Positions 1 through 13,340 are shown, numbered from the stretch's first letter. The stretch is DNA of 64,000 nt from Penicillus capitatus (GCA_965649825.1 OZ287695.1:2159288-2223287), one strand, 5' to 3'. Program-made: numbers and translations. Notes: generated by a model not told the origin, from the letters alone.

Positions 1-284
1 TGTGGATGGATCGAGATAATGATATGCAACGTCTGACAGAAGTCTAGCACTGGTGCACGTCATATTCATGAACCCACGCCACAAAGCGCTCTGGAACGAC
101 GGATTTTATACAAAAACGGGAAGTATTAAGCGTACGCCTAACGACAAGATCACTCATCGGCTATACAGTTCATTCCCGACGAATGCACAGAAGAGTAATG
201 CGATGTGTCCGGCCATTGCTTCCTGCAAATACATCCCACGGACAGAAGCGGCATCCAAACGATGTGTTGTGCACGGCCAGAGCT

Positions 285-3200
285 TTATTTTTTGAAGAGG
301 AGAGATTCTGACGTGGTCTTGTGACGGAGATCCGTCCAGATCAAGTGGCTCTCGGTATGCAGCCAGAGTAACGATGCTTTGAACTGATGGATTTGGCAAT
401 GGACGTAGTACTTTACTGGCAGCTCTTCTCTTCTGGGTGTGCGATAGTAGAGGCCTCGTTTTAAGACGTTCACCATCCAACGGTCAAAGAACTTCCTCTG
501 TAAGAAGTATGCATTCTTTGAAAGATACCGACGGAATAGACGTGTGAGCTTTGCCACTTTTCGCGCTTGTCTTCGCTGATACATCAATCGAAGGCTTCTG
601 CAATTCAGGACGAGTCTGTTGCCCAGGACGGCGGCGAATGAGGAGCACTGAACACAGAGCATGCCAATTCCGATTTTGTCGCGGAAGTCTTCGTCTGAGG
701 TTGGACCCAAAAGCAGCAGAGCGGCCAAAGCAAAGAAAGTGATATCGGAAACCTCTTCCGAAAGAGAAATGGCCATCTCCAGACGCGTGTGATAAGGACG
801 TGCCACACGCAGTACGATCATCAACAAGAGGACGGCAAAGAGGAGGAAGATGATTTGTGCCAGACAGTCGTCGGCATTGCCAACTCCTGCCACCAGTACA
901 GCAAAGAGCAGAATTTTCATCAGCTGCAGAAAACGGGTCAAGATCTGTAGGTGATGTCGGAAAAGAGTGAATCCAGGAATTCTGAAAGGTGTTCCTGGAA
1001 CGGTGATGCCTTTCCAGCTGAACAGTGGCCTAATGCGCAGAGGGACAGCCTTCCCCCTGTCCATCTTGCCGTTTCTGATCGCATACGTTGGCTCCCTACT
1101 CACACGATCGCCTCATAACAGACTGCAACTGTCCAATAACCTACCTGAAAAGAACAGGCAGTCCTCGGTAGTCTTCAAAGAGGTAACCATATCGCACGAT
1201 GAAGAGTGGCTGATGGCAAGGCGAAACCCTCCACTTCCCTGTTATCTGAGGACTGCCCACGACAAGCGAAAACACACCCATGTCAAAGAGATCTCTGATA
1301 ACTCTCCAGGCAGAGATGCGTGGTCTCTTCACAGCATTCGCCTTGACAAGCTCCTGATACTCAATCTCGCTACGGTCTTCGTCCGAAGACTCCGTCTCCG
1401 ACAACATCAGATAATCAAAACCCATGTCCATCAAACACTGCACGAACACACTCGTGTCTATTCTGTCAGAGATCGGACGCTAGAGGACACCCACCTCGTT
1501 GTTGATGTACTTCAGTCGAGCGGCTGTCTCGTAGAAGGGGTCTGGGATGAGGACAGAGATGCCCAGCTGATCATCGATAAATTGGTGATGTCCTGTGATC
1601 TGTGATTGGGATCTCTGAGTTCTCAACGTTCTGTGGAGTTTGGTTGCGACGATGGCCGATCTGCGAGACTTCGTTCTTTCAGTGCCATGGAGAAGGGCAG
1701 GGAGATTTGAAGAGCTCTGGTCGGACGAGTGTTCAGAAATTCTGGAAAGGCGCCGTCTCTCGTACTCGTCGATTCTGTCTCCTGTGATGTGTGCGTCGGC
1801 GACATCTCTATAGCCAAGCTTGGAGGTCTCCTTTTCGAGCCTGTCTTCTCTCCATAGCTGCGATTCCCATGCCGATTCGGGGATGGCACTGCACTCCGTG
1901 GACCACTGTGCTGTCCATTCTGGCTTCACTGGAGGCGCTAGGAGACGCTCTTCCATATGCGCTTCACTCTGCCCCGGGTTCCTCTGCCGATAAGCTTTGA
2001 GAATATCTTGTCGCGTTCGCGATACCGTCCCTTTCAGTCCATCACTCAAACGCAATTCCGGAAAATCTTCGTAGGTCGGTGAGGCATGAAACGCTCGGAC
2101 AAGAGACAGAGAAGCCTCCAGAAAAGGCCGATGCGTGGCGATCGCCGCAATGTTGTTGCATGTCTCCCTCTGAAAACGCGTAGACACTCCATACTTCGTT
2201 TGCCTCGGTGCTTTTCTTCTCATCGGATTTGAAAAGATGTTCTGCAAGCCTAGAATACGCCGTTCGTTATCAGGAGATGTCCGAGAGTGGGTACCTGATT
2301 CCTGAATGCAGTCTGCCAGAGTTTTCATTTCGACCTTCGTCACACTGGGCAATTCTGGTCCGTTTGATATAAATTCAATGTTGTTGATGCTGGATCCCAC
2401 AGAGACTTCGGGGAGAGGTCTAAACTCGGGCGCTTCATTCCAATGGCTCTGACCACCGCTCACGAACTCTCCTGACGGATGCTGGGTTGCTCCTAACGAC
2501 TCCCAACCGTAACAGAGATTCTGTAACATACGATTATTCAGTCCCGATGATGTACTGGGCTCTGATGCGTGCGAGTTCATGGACGTCTGCAACGATAGAG
2601 GATGATCCATGGGCTCATGCTCCAGAGGACTCAATGGCCGAATCTCTCCGTATGAGGCTTCATCTTCACTGCTCATCGCTGCAGGAACGAAAGGTCGAGG
2701 GCGTTTGTTGGGGTCATACTGCAGATTGCCTCCTGTTAAGTACAGGTCATCCGTTGACGGGCCGGTATACGGTGCCTCATTTCTGCGGACCAGTTTTTCA
2801 TCTTGGCGTTCAGCTTGTTGATCGAAAGCTCCGTTTAGGAAATAGACAGCTGGCTCGACTCTTTCTGATTTCTTCATCATTCGATTGCGTTGCCACTCGT
2901 TTTTGAGTTGGACGATTGTTCTCTGTGGCATGACGCTCGTGTCCACGATAAAATTGGCATATCGATCCTTGGGGTGTTTGGAGTAGAAGAACTTCCACAT
3001 CAAAGAGAGATGCCAAGCAATCATACTTCCTGGCAGCATCACGAGCAGCCATGTTCCAACGAGAGCATCCCCTAGAGACACGCCCGTTATGGAAGGGGAT
3101 CTGAAGGCAGGGGGCGGGTGTACATCTTTTGCCTCTGAGAAGCCCCGCGCTAGCAACAGTTATGGCTGGTATCCCCCAATAGCAGAATGCGATTTCTAGT

Positions 3201-5287
3201 CGTGGAAAAGTGAGAAGATAAGGAACACGCAGTTTTTTCCAAATACAAAAGCCAATAATCGAAGAGTGCATGAGCAAAAGGAAAAGAAGAAGGAGTGGGA
3301 CCCAGAAGAAAACACGCGAGAGCAAAACATAAGCGCCTTCCATGGTCTTCAGATACTCCTTTCTCTAAGCACACATGTCCATGGAACCATACACTCACGC
3401 AGTAGATCAAACGCACTTCCACGTCTCCTTGGGGGTCATCTCTCCTCGGTACCTGCATTTAGCAGCAATCGATGGGCTCAGTTGTTGCATTGGCTGACAA
3501 AGAATGCTGCTTACCAAGCGTTCAAAGGGCGAGGGAAAATCAAACATCGCCCAGGTTAACTGATCGGCGAACTGGGCATACTCTTCCGGCATCTGGGCGA
3601 TGGCGATGTGACCCGTCAGGTATAGCTTCTGAAGGAGATTCAACAAAAAGAAAGGAATGCTATTCCCGCCGCCCTGCATCGCACTGGAGCTACCTATTAT
3701 CCAAAAATCAAACGTCGGCTATCAGGCCATCAAAGCGCATCACCTGAAGACGCTACAATTGTCCCCCCTGCTGATATCGATACAACATGGCCTATAATCA
3801 ATCCAAGTTTCCTCTCTTTCTCTTTCCTCCTCTGTCTCAGAAAAAAGACCGAACGAGCTCCTTTAGGCCAAGCTGCTTGCATCGTATGGTTTACCGTACC
3901 AGTGGCTCCTCACGGCGAATAAGTCTGTGATGCCTCTGAGTTGCTGGGCGACCGATGGTCGGTCGGTATGGGAAAGTGAAGAGCAGTCGGTCTTCGTTTG
4001 CGTTCCCTGCCAGATCGACAATGTTTTCACTCTTGAGCTGAATGTCGACATCTTCTTGTTTCGTCGTATTGAAATCGATCTTCAAAAGCAGCTGGTTCCC
4101 CATAACCTGCCACGCTCTGTTTTTTCCTCCTTGAACCTGAACACGATTCCCTGTCGTTACCGAGAGGCAGTTGACATCTGTACTGACCTGTATGGCACTA
4201 CTAATGGACTCAAGTTTGCTGATTGGTGCACACTGTCTGCTATACGTTAGAAGTGCATCGACTGTATAGTTGGAGGTGATGGACGAATTGAAATTTCCAG
4301 CCGTGCATTTAAGCTTATCGAATGTCGAACGCAATATCACTGGCTCACTTGGCTGAATGTTCATCAACATGTAATCGTCGACCCGTGTCTTTTCAAATGG
4401 AAGACGCGTCATCGATACCTGGCAACACAGCATCGTCAGAACATGCTCAACACAGCATACATGCAAGTCACTGTGGGGTTTGTGTGATCGACGAGGATGG
4501 TGAGATTTGCAGTCTGATTATGGGAAGTGGCTTGCACGAGAAGGGGACTGCCTTCCGCGGTCTCCAACATAAAATCAATCAAGATATGGTGTGGAGATCG
4601 CCTTCGGACGATTTCTTCTTGAATCATGTTGGAGAGATCGGCATCTGAATTGGCGAAAACCTAAACACTTTGGCATCAGGAGACGGGATGGTATGCTCTG
4701 GTATGTGGGAACCCACTCGAATCGTCGTTTCGTCATCGATGGACACAAAGCTCATGTTGGCATCGATCCAACTCATGATCAATCGCATTCGTGTGGCATT
4801 GGTTCGCACAAGGAGATGATTATCACATGGCAGGCGAATCTGTTGATTGTTCTTGGATGCACAAACAAACAAATGAAATGCTGCGTGGCCTGGAAAGAGC
4901 TCTCCAGTATCCTGTACAGTCATGGCCTTCAGAATATGAGCATCTCAGATTTGTGACGGACCACGTTTTCAATAACGGTCGATTCGAAGTCGGGTGCGAT
5001 ATACAGAACCGGAAACGAACAGTTCACGTTGTTTACTGATGCGATGATAATAGCTAAACAGTCAGCAGTATGGGTCAGTCCAAATCGGGTGTCGTTGTGC
5101 GTGCTACCAAACAGAATCCACACAACTTCGGATGCACCCACGAAGATTGAGCTTCGACCGCGACACATGGCGTCAGAGACGCGTCTAATCGTATTCTGCT
5201 AAAGTTCTTTCCGCTATGGTTTAATAACGTGAAAGGGACGGCGTTCTTTGTTCTGATGGTAACTTTAGCACATCTGCATTCAGCCAT
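285..5287 (-). CDS. Multi-exon membrane protein: N-terminal extracellular region with a bacterial Ig-like fold plus a multi-pass TM bundle, similar to plant At3g48200-type proteins; 5' end uncertain
   Basis: Exon ORFs at 4929-5168, 4624-4923, 3891-4466 (Ig-like end motif VDLAGNANEDRLLF), 3407-3679, 2810-3343 (LLTFPRLEIAFCYWGIPAITVASAGLLRG), 1480-3156, 1141-1449 (GKWRV..LFIVRYGYLFEDYRGLP) and 285-1103 (hydrophobic helices). The motifs recall the plant family's FPRFEI and FEDLRGPP segments; recalled, not searched. Confidence 0.7.
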
Positions 5288-5509
5288 GCATCATTCTGGC
5301 ACTCAAAGGGCCGATTCTCCCAGTCTACAACATTGTCGATTGCCCGAGACATGTCAGCCAGGTAATGGTGTATCCGCGGGAATCCATGGACCAGCAAGCG
5401 GCTTCCCGACGGTTGGAGGCATCTATGGAAGCAGTCATTCCTGACCGCTTATTTTCCCTCTCTTCGTCTGAGGTTTGCTGACCCGTGTGTCAACCCACAT
5501 AGCTGCATC

Positions 5510-5518
5510 TTAGGGTTT
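5510..5518 (-). promoter_or_regulatory. Telo-box (AAACCCTAA) in the divergent promoter upstream of PUR-alpha
   Basis: Exact TTAGGGTTT at 5510-5518, about 330 bp upstream of the PURA ATG. Function is not demonstrated. Confidence 0.35.
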
Positions 5519-5851
5519 GGGGTAAAAGGGCGGATCAAGGAGCTGAGAGCGGTCTTACGTGAGAGGGGTCCATTCAGCGACACGTTCGCGGGGTACCCTC
5601 TTTGTACGTGCAGGTGAAGTACATGACAGGCCTATTAGGCGTAGCCGTCCGTATAAGACAGGTGAGCATAGCCGTTTATTTCATCATTTGACTCTTGATA
5701 GTCGCTGGCGTTGTTCTGTCGACGGAATCAACACTGTTTATTGCGGGCTGGACTGTCGGCGCGTTCGTTTTCAAGAATAAAGATTCATTACAGGGAAGCT
5801 CAACCCTCCTTGGACACCCCACTCAATCCAGTTGGTCTTCTAAAGTCAAGA

Positions 5852-7058
5852 ATGACAAACACCACGGATGACGGGCTTCGCGGAGATAAGGAACTCTGCT
5901 CAGAGACTTTGAGAGTAAGCAAAAACAACGTGGCGATACGGCGTGGATTTCAATCCATTCGACATTTTTGCCGACCCTCGCAAACGCACTAACCGCACGG
6001 CGTTCGACACGGGAAGCGGCTGAGACTCTGTGCTGTCGTGTCTAGGTCGAGAGTAAACTGTTTTACTTGGACCTCAAAGAGAATACTCGTGGACGTTACC
6101 TTAAGATTTCTGAAAAAGGCCAAAATCGCGAGAGGTCCACCATCATCGTGCCCTCGGCGGGAATCCAATGGTTCGTAGAGCTGTTTCACTATTTCTCTGG
6201 TGGAACGAACGAACAAAGGTATCGCGCCGCGAACATCCTGTTGTGCCTCGTTCGATGATTGTTCGTATGTTTGTGCAGCCCGACGGTCAGTAAAGAACTG
6301 CCTATCGAAAACAAGGTCTTCTTTTTCGATGTTGGGGAGAATCCAAGAGGTCGTTTCTTACGCGTGTCTGAAAGTGGCGCTGGGTAAGTACGGACGGCGC
6401 ATATCGCCATTCGTTGACGGCGCGATGCGGATGGTAGGCCACGCGGACGGAGCTCACTGATAATCCCGTCAGGAGGTGCGGGTGTGACTGGATGGGCGAA
6501 TTTCCGCGACACGTTGTCTCGCATATACGCTGCCGAAGCCAATCTTTCTGGCGAAGCAGTGAATCCTGTCGCATCCAGTCAAGGAACAGAGGTACAGCCA
6601 CCATTCCATCATCATCGTCCTTACCCTAGCAACAACAATACACGGGGGATCCATCCAACATAACCTTCTGCTTGTCTGACAGCTGTCTGTTGGGGGGACT
6701 CAGAGAGTCGTCGGACCTGGTCCTGCTCCACCTGCTCTCGTATCCGCCGAGAATGGATCTCAAATCCTTCGCGTGGGCCAGAAACGCTTCTTCCTCGACC
6801 CTGGCACCAATCACAGAGGCCAGTTTGTGCGCATCACTGAGGTAAGCCCTTGTGTAGCACAGGTTGGATGCTGATCTCGATGTCTGTCTGTTCTAGGCCA
6901 TTGGGCCAGATCGCAACTCAATCATTGTGCCGTGTCAAGCTATCCCCGAATTTCAAGAAGCCGTGCGACTTGTTTTCGAGGGTTTGAAATTGTCCGACAC
7001 AACAGACACCAGACCTGTGCCGGCTCCTGCCAACACAGGCGCTGCTTCTCAGGCTTAG
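5852..7058 (+). CDS. PURA1: PUR-alpha family ssDNA/RNA-binding transcription factor (three PUR repeats), spliced
   Basis: Exon 1 MTNTTDDGLRGDKELCSETLR (GT at 5915) joins VESKLFYLDLKENTRGRYLKISEK. Repeat 2 is KVFFFDVGENPRGRFLRVSE and repeat 3 is FFLDPGTNHRGQFVRITE. TAG at 7056-7058. Confidence 0.95.
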
Positions 7059-8543
7059 TTGTTCCTCTGCTTATAAACGCCGTCGGTTCTGCCTTCTGTT
7101 GACGCGCGTTGCTTAGTTGGACTCGTTCGTTCGCTCGTTCCTCAGTTTTAGGTCTTCCCTTGGTTGTTGTTGTACTTAGGCTTCCCCTGTGTTCGGCATG
7201 AGAATTATTTTATTTTGCTTTTGACTCGCCCAGCTATAACCCATGATGATTATACAATCCCCAACGAATCCCACAATTGCTCGAACACAAGCGGCATCTT
7301 TCTAATAAAGAGACCAATCCTGTGCTTTCGGAACACAAATGCTGGTCAATGATGTGACACAGTCACATCAGGCATCCAGAGTCGATCTTGGTGGGTAAAT
7401 ATCCTTTTCTCTCAAGTTTTAGAATGGCATGCAAGACAGCTGTCCTTTATGCAAGGCAGTTAGCCTTACCTTCTGCTGTGCAAAAGGATCAACTGATTCC
7501 GGGTTCGGCCATTGTCTTTGGACGAGGGTTTCTTAATTCATCGTTCCCGTGTGCATGGTTTCATATAACCTTGTTTTAGAATTAAGATGAAATAGCTTGT
7601 TGTTCGTAGCTTTGTTGTATTTGAACGTTACAAAGCATACCATAAAACGACGACCCATTTTGCCCGGGAACAAGGTTTCTGAGAAATAGCATGTCTATCT
7701 CTCATTCAAGATTGTCGGTGCGCACTTCAGGGCATTGGCGAACACCCTCAAAGTCAACAGCGTCGATTCAAAGCTTCTAGTTTAGATCGAGCAGCATTGT
7801 TTTTGCTCATTTGGCTGCTGCAAAGATGGATCTTTACAACATTCATGGACTGATTGGCAAGTGATGTGTCTTTCTCTTTAAAGTATGAATCTCAAGAAAG
7901 AGGTTGGTGTCATGTGAAGGTGTAGCTCCTCGAACATGTCTTCTTAGAACTGCTCACGTGTGATCCATTCTTCATTCATATATCCTGTTTGTCTCAACGT
8001 CCGTCCTTTTGTACGGGTCATATGGATAAGGATTTTTGGATGAAACTGGGAGCCGTTGTTTCGAGAGGACTGGTTCTAGCGGAGAGCAAGACTTTGGATG
8101 CGTCTCTACTGTTCATTTGCCACTGACAGTTCTCCTTTGGGATGAATCAGACTCGAAATTAAAATAAAGACGTAACCAAGAGAGCAGCTTCACCTGCGAT
8201 CCGCCGATAGCGCGAACTCGACAACCGCGTCCTCACGCCATCCATCACACAAAACCACCATTTCTTCACACAAACGTCAACCGATGACAAATGGAAGTTG
8301 TTGGCAATAACTGTCGTCGAACAGAAACAGGTAGAGAGATAGATGTCCTCTTTTACTCCTGTTCGGAGACAACGAGCGTTTACGGATTCCATTTCAAAAC
8401 AGCCAGGTTGGAGAATGCTTTCATTGAATCCAATATAAAAATGGTTTGCTATCTGACTGAACGTGCTGCTTGCTATACGGTGCCTTCACACAATCCCATG
8501 CTTGATCGCCGCTGCATCAGAACCCTCGTCTTAGCGATGCGTC

Positions 8544-9729
8544 TCATGCGGGATGTGGCCCCATTCGACGTGGGGAGGGGTGAGGGTATTCAGACAAATG
8601 TCCGGCGCCATGATACGTCGATGTGGTTATGGAAGTGGCCGCATAACTACCCTTCTCTCCTGCTGCATGTGCTTCGGCCGCTGCTGCCGTTTTGGTGCCA
8701 ACCGCAGACGACTCGGTATGTGTCGACATCCTTGCCTTTCCAGGTCCGACGGTTGTCACAGATGAGAAAGTCTGCTGTCCAGTAGCGGGATCTACACGCA
8801 GTCACGCACTCCATACATGAGTGACCTCACTCAATCACACGAAGCGAAGGGGAACCTGTCTGGACAACCGTCGTCGAAACATGATATCCCTTATCCGCAC
8901 TGCACACCGCTTCTCCCGAAAACTTCGTATGCGACGTCCATTTGTGTGCGACTTCGGGAATGGTCGCAAATTCAATAGGCTTGCACCTGCACATCACACC
9001 ACTCGATCAGCTCAGCGATCTGTTGTCGGATCAAAGAGATCACTCTCCGCCGAAGAACATCGACGACACGTCACACGAAGCAGATTCGTCGGCATAGACA
9101 TTTCCGAAAAACGCAACGCTGCCGCTGATCTCTTTGTCTGGACTTCCTGTGATGAAGACACTCGATTGTCCACCCACTGTGACGATCGCCTTCTTCTGGA
9201 TCCCCTTCGTTACCACCTTGGAGAATCCATCGGCATGGATGGTCGCTTTTCCAATCGTCCCCTCGACGGCCACCGTACTACCGGAGAACGTCTCAATCGA
9301 CACATCGTCCAACGAAACGCCGTCTGCTCGGATGCCCCCTGCCGATGCTTCCAGTACAATGCTCTTCGCGCTGAATCCCGACTCCACGAGCAAGGCAGCG
9401 ATGCCATGATTTCCCACGGATTTCAGTTTATCGGCGGGCAGAGTGACGATGATGTGCGCCGGGTCATCGACATCGAGGTCGCCACTCAGCGACAGATAGA
9501 GGACGCCGTCTGTAACGTCATACTGGATGGCTTTGGTGACGTGTTGTTCGGCTTTGATGTAGATGCTATAGTCAAACTTGTCCTCGCTCGATGTCGGCCG
9601 AACCGATACGGCGAGCGGAATGCAGACGATGACCTTGGTGAAGGGCGGCAACTCTGCATTAATGGTTTTGCCGAATGCGACGGCGATCGATAAGGAGAGC
9701 AGAAGATTCAAAAGCAAAAAGCGGCTCAT
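8544..9729 (-). CDS. Secreted DUF2807 (head GIN / autotransporter adhesin-like beta-helix) protein with Ser/Thr/Ala-rich C-terminal exons
   Basis: ATG at 9729 begins a signal peptide (MSRFLLLNLLLSLSIAVAFG), followed by a GIN-like beta-repeat pattern (LPPFTKVIVC..IKAEQHVTKAIQYDVTDGVLYL). The first exon to ~9045 appears to splice (GT/AG) to CKPIEFATIPE and to the ORF ending at 8544. Confidence 0.75.
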
Positions 9730-9794
9730 GGTGTACGCAAAGCAGTCTATGCGCTGCAAACGCCGAATACGTTGATGTGTTGACAAGAGGGTTC

Positions 9795-9813
9795 GTTTGT
9801 TTGTTTGTTTGTT
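9795..9813. repeat. (GTTT)n microsatellite inside a 93-bp bidirectional promoter
   Basis: GTTTGTTTGTTTGTTTGTT lies between ATG 9729(-) and ATG 9823(+). Confidence 0.9.
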
Positions 9814-9822
9814 CTGGGTGAC

Positions 9823-10710
9823 ATGAAAATGTCGCAATGTCCATTCGCTACGGGCGAAAGTATCCGTCTGGCCTGCCGCAGCGGAGAATTTACGGAGAGC
9901 ACGGCTGGACATGCTCCTGGTTATGAACAGGCGAACTTGACTGTCTTGCCCAAAGAACTTGCGGATTCCTTCGTCGTTTACTGCGAGAGGTCATGCTTAC
10001 ACTGGGGATACGGATAGGAGACAGAGAGCGTCTGGTGTGTAGGAATCCACAACCATGTCCTCTTCTTTATGCGACCAATCCGGGAGATCCTTCACCAGCA
10101 GGGTTGGCAAGGGACAGTGATGTCCGGTCAGATCTTCCGAGATATCTGGTGCGCAATGGCGATGAGACATTAGAAACGAAGGAGATCACGAAGTGGTGGA
10201 ATCATGATTCCGTCGCCTTGTTTCTTGGATGTTCTTTTGGCTTCGAGGTCGCACCCGCAATGACTTCTGCCTCTCTAAGCCATGTGGTATCAGGATGCAT
10301 TGAAGGCGGAAGGGATTCCGATGCGTCATATAGAGAAAGGAGTGACGGTGCCGATGTACATCACCGATCGTCTAACAGTGCCATCTGGACCTTTCCATGG
10401 ACCTCTTGTCGTTTCTATGCGTCCAATAGACGCTTCTCTCGTGCAGAAGACAATCGACATCACTCGGCAGTATCCTAGGGCACATGGAGCTCCTGTTCAC
10501 TGGGGAGACCCCTCTGTTCTTGGGATCAAGGATTTAAGTCGACCAGATTTTGGAGACAGTGTTGTTGTGCTCGAAAACGAAGAGCCTGTGTTTTGGGCTT
10601 GCGGTGTAACGGCCCAGATGGCTTTGCAGAATGCTGGAGTAGAACAGTGGATCAGCCATGTTCCTGGCTGTATGTTCGTTACAGATCTGCCATCCAAAGC
10701 CGCTTCATAA
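9823..10710 (+). CDS. DUF1445 / D-glutamate cyclase-family putative hydro-lyase (YcsI-like), 3 exons
   Basis: Motifs TAGHAPGYEQANL, CERNPQPCPLL, DVRSDLPRY, LFLGCSFGFE, VPMYIT, GPLVVSMRP, AHGAPVHWGDPSVLGIKDLSRPDFGD, PVFWACGVT and SHVPGCMFVTD. Confidence 0.92.
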
Positions 10711-12899
10711 GAGGCAGATCATGATTTATCCATGCCAGGCTTATGATAGCTGATACTTTTGCCCACCATGAACACATTTGGCGAATAGGATTCTTGTGCC
10801 GTTCGGCCTAGTGTGTTGTGCTACGAGGCTTCAATCAAAGGATCATTTGCGTTTGTCTTTGTTCAGGTGCGCTCTCTTGGTTTTCATCACTCTCTCCTAG
10901 TGAATGTATCCCAGAACTCTTATAAAACCAGCTAACGATTTGACATGTCTAAGAGAGATTGCTTTCAGTAAATGAATGCTCTTCTATGAGCAATGCGTTC
11001 TCATTTGAGTGAATGAAGAAGACAGCGATCAAGTGATCCACGAATAGCCTCGGTAAGGAACAGCAATGAGGATGAAAAGTTGAGATCTAAGGAATGATTA
11101 GGTAGACCGCTGCAGTGTTGCTGAATGTACATGGCGGTCATGAGCAACCGTCATCTCACGTGTGCAAAGATCCACGATCAAAGTAGCCATGGAGAATCAG
11201 GAACACTCGCACAATCGTGGCGATTAGATAAGCAGTTGGCATGACACAAGAAGCTTCACAGAAACTTCTAGCCTGCCACTATGGAGTGGGTATGAAACAA
11301 ATGCACACGCGTTTAATGACGACATTCTGTCCATTACGATCAACTGCGTTTCTCTTTCCCGTCCTTAAGATTGGTTAACACGATGAACGACGGTCGACAC
11401 CAATCTCTGTTCGCAGCTCAATGCGCGACCATCGGTGCAAACGGCAGTGCAGATGAGCAATGCATCCGAAATGATCCGTCGCGGACGCATTCAGATACTT
11501 CATTCCTGAACCCGCCAAAAGTTGCCCTAGGTCGATCGCTTGTAGACGTTTGAAGGTGTTCGTCGCCGTTTTCGTCGAGTCGCTGATAAAGGGATCCCTC
11601 TAACGGTTGCATCGACTAACGGCTTTCTACTGGAAGATGACGACACAGAGTGATCGACCGCGTGTCCGCCGCTCGATGCGCCGATCGGATCTCTCCGAGC
11701 AATTGCCGTTGGAAGAAACGGTCACGTGTCGTAAAAAGTACAGTCGGCGCACAAGTGTATTGGGCGTCATTGCCGAACGGGTCAGCCGTTTTATCGATCT
11801 ATGATCAAGATCGTGCGTCTCGCATTTGGTGCGTGGAGTGGATAAACCGATTCACGAGGCTGAATAATTCTGTCCATATCTAGGCAATTTCTACGAGGAC
11901 GACCCTCACTCGATAGAATCGTACACATCTCAATCCATTGAGCCAATTGACTGTCCGATCCAAGACGAGACAGAAGTAGAAACGCATGTCATGAAAGCCG
12001 AAAAGGACAATGCAGACACACCGTATGCATTTGGAGGCTGTACAAGGAAGATGCGATTGTTATCTGTGAGACATGGCTGTCGACAAGGCAGTCATGTTAG
12101 GGGAAGAAGATCCTACAAGGGTGATGAAGAGAGAGACGCCTGCGCGTGTTGCAAACGATCGAGCAGTCTATGCAGCCTGTCGCGTCAATACCTGATAGCT
12201 TTCCTCTGTCATGCCGGTCTAATATCTGTCGATCAAACGATGGATGGCAGATGCCTCAGCTACTGTACAGATGTAGAACACGTGTCCGTCATCCGTGCAT
12301 TGGACTTAGGCCGTCAATCCATCAAATCCTTCACTTCTAGTCACCGTGCATGGATGGCGCTGTCCCTATTGCAGGGCAATATCGTTGGTTGGTTGGTCGG
12401 TTGTTCACGAATGCCAGCCAATAGAACAAAGGTCCATGGATAGGAGCTCTCTGTTGTGTTTCTATCAACTGTGCCTGTCGGTCAATTGAGACAAAGGATT
12501 TGATGGGCTAATGGATATATGATTTTTAGTACGGTGTTCATCTAGGCTAGCGTACATTGTTGTGCTGAGATGTAGCAGGGTCAGCCTGCCCCTTACGTTC
12601 GCAAAGCTTTATGAGAATCGGCTATATGTTTCCACATGTCTCCTTTATTGTGGAACCCGCTCTGCTTGCTTTATTTAAACGTGTTCTACACAAGTTGAGC
12701 AAAACAAGCGGAAACGCTCATAACTCTTCACTGATACCGTGCATGCATGGCACAGTGTGGAGCTTATTCATAGGTTCCTATTTGGTGAAAGGAGCGCATC
12801 AAGCTTGTTTTGAGAAGTTCTTGCAGATTTGGATACCCCCACTGCCTATGAGTAGTGAAGGTGTATTTGTATATAAAACACCGGTGACTGTAGAACGTC

Positions 12900-13340
12900 A
12901 TTTCAACGGACATTCTCGCTATGCAAAATCGAGAAGAGAAACCCATCCCGGAGAGGAAAGGCGAGAAGTACAAACATCGAAAACGGTTTGGATGCTTCGT
13001 ATGCAAAAGTCGTCAAGGGATTCATCAGCAAAGGCTTTGCGAAAGTAACTGCTTGTATGAAGCCACCCATTCGCAATGAGACCATCCGCGATGATCGTCC
13101 CAAGTATAGCAGGCATCCAAAACCCAGTGAGAGTTGATCAGTGTTCTCCAAACTTGAGTAGCATCGACACAATAATACATATACAATCACTCATGTAAAC
13201 TATGGACTCATAAACTGATCTGATCGAACTGATGCAAATAATATTATGGCTCAGAGAGCAAACAACGGCGCATGATAAAGACAATGCACAAGAGGACATA
13301 AGAGACGACGGATCAATGAGAAATAAACATAACATATGCT
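12900..13340 (-). pseudogene. Possible decayed fragment of a multi-pass membrane protein (TRP-like C-terminal bundle)
   Basis: Hydrophobic pieces spread over shifting frames (HWVLDACYTWDDHRGW, then SLRMGGFIQAVTFAKPLL, then FPLRDGFLFS), with stops; AT-richer than neighbouring genes. Weak. Confidence 0.3.

Noticed and set aside
1-295. Short ORFs at the window start
   Set aside because: An open frame ending in TAG at 47 may be the tail of an upstream gene, but it is too short to support; the 53-295 and 154-480 ORFs have no motifs.
967-1605. 212-aa plus-strand ORF (and similar ORFs at 26642-27169, 59647-60372 and 44653-45321)
   Set aside because: These lie antisense to well-supported genes and have no recognisable domain.
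7059-8543. A gene or ncRNA in the 1.5-kb gap between the PURA and DUF2807 3' ends
   Set aside because: All frames are broken by stops, no motif or RNA structure was recognised, and the 8291-8785 ORF overlaps the DUF2807 last exon antisense. Probably UTRs plus decayed sequence.
8821-9693. 290-aa plus-strand ORF
   Set aside because: Antisense shadow of the DUF2807 gene; Arg/His-rich and without motifs.
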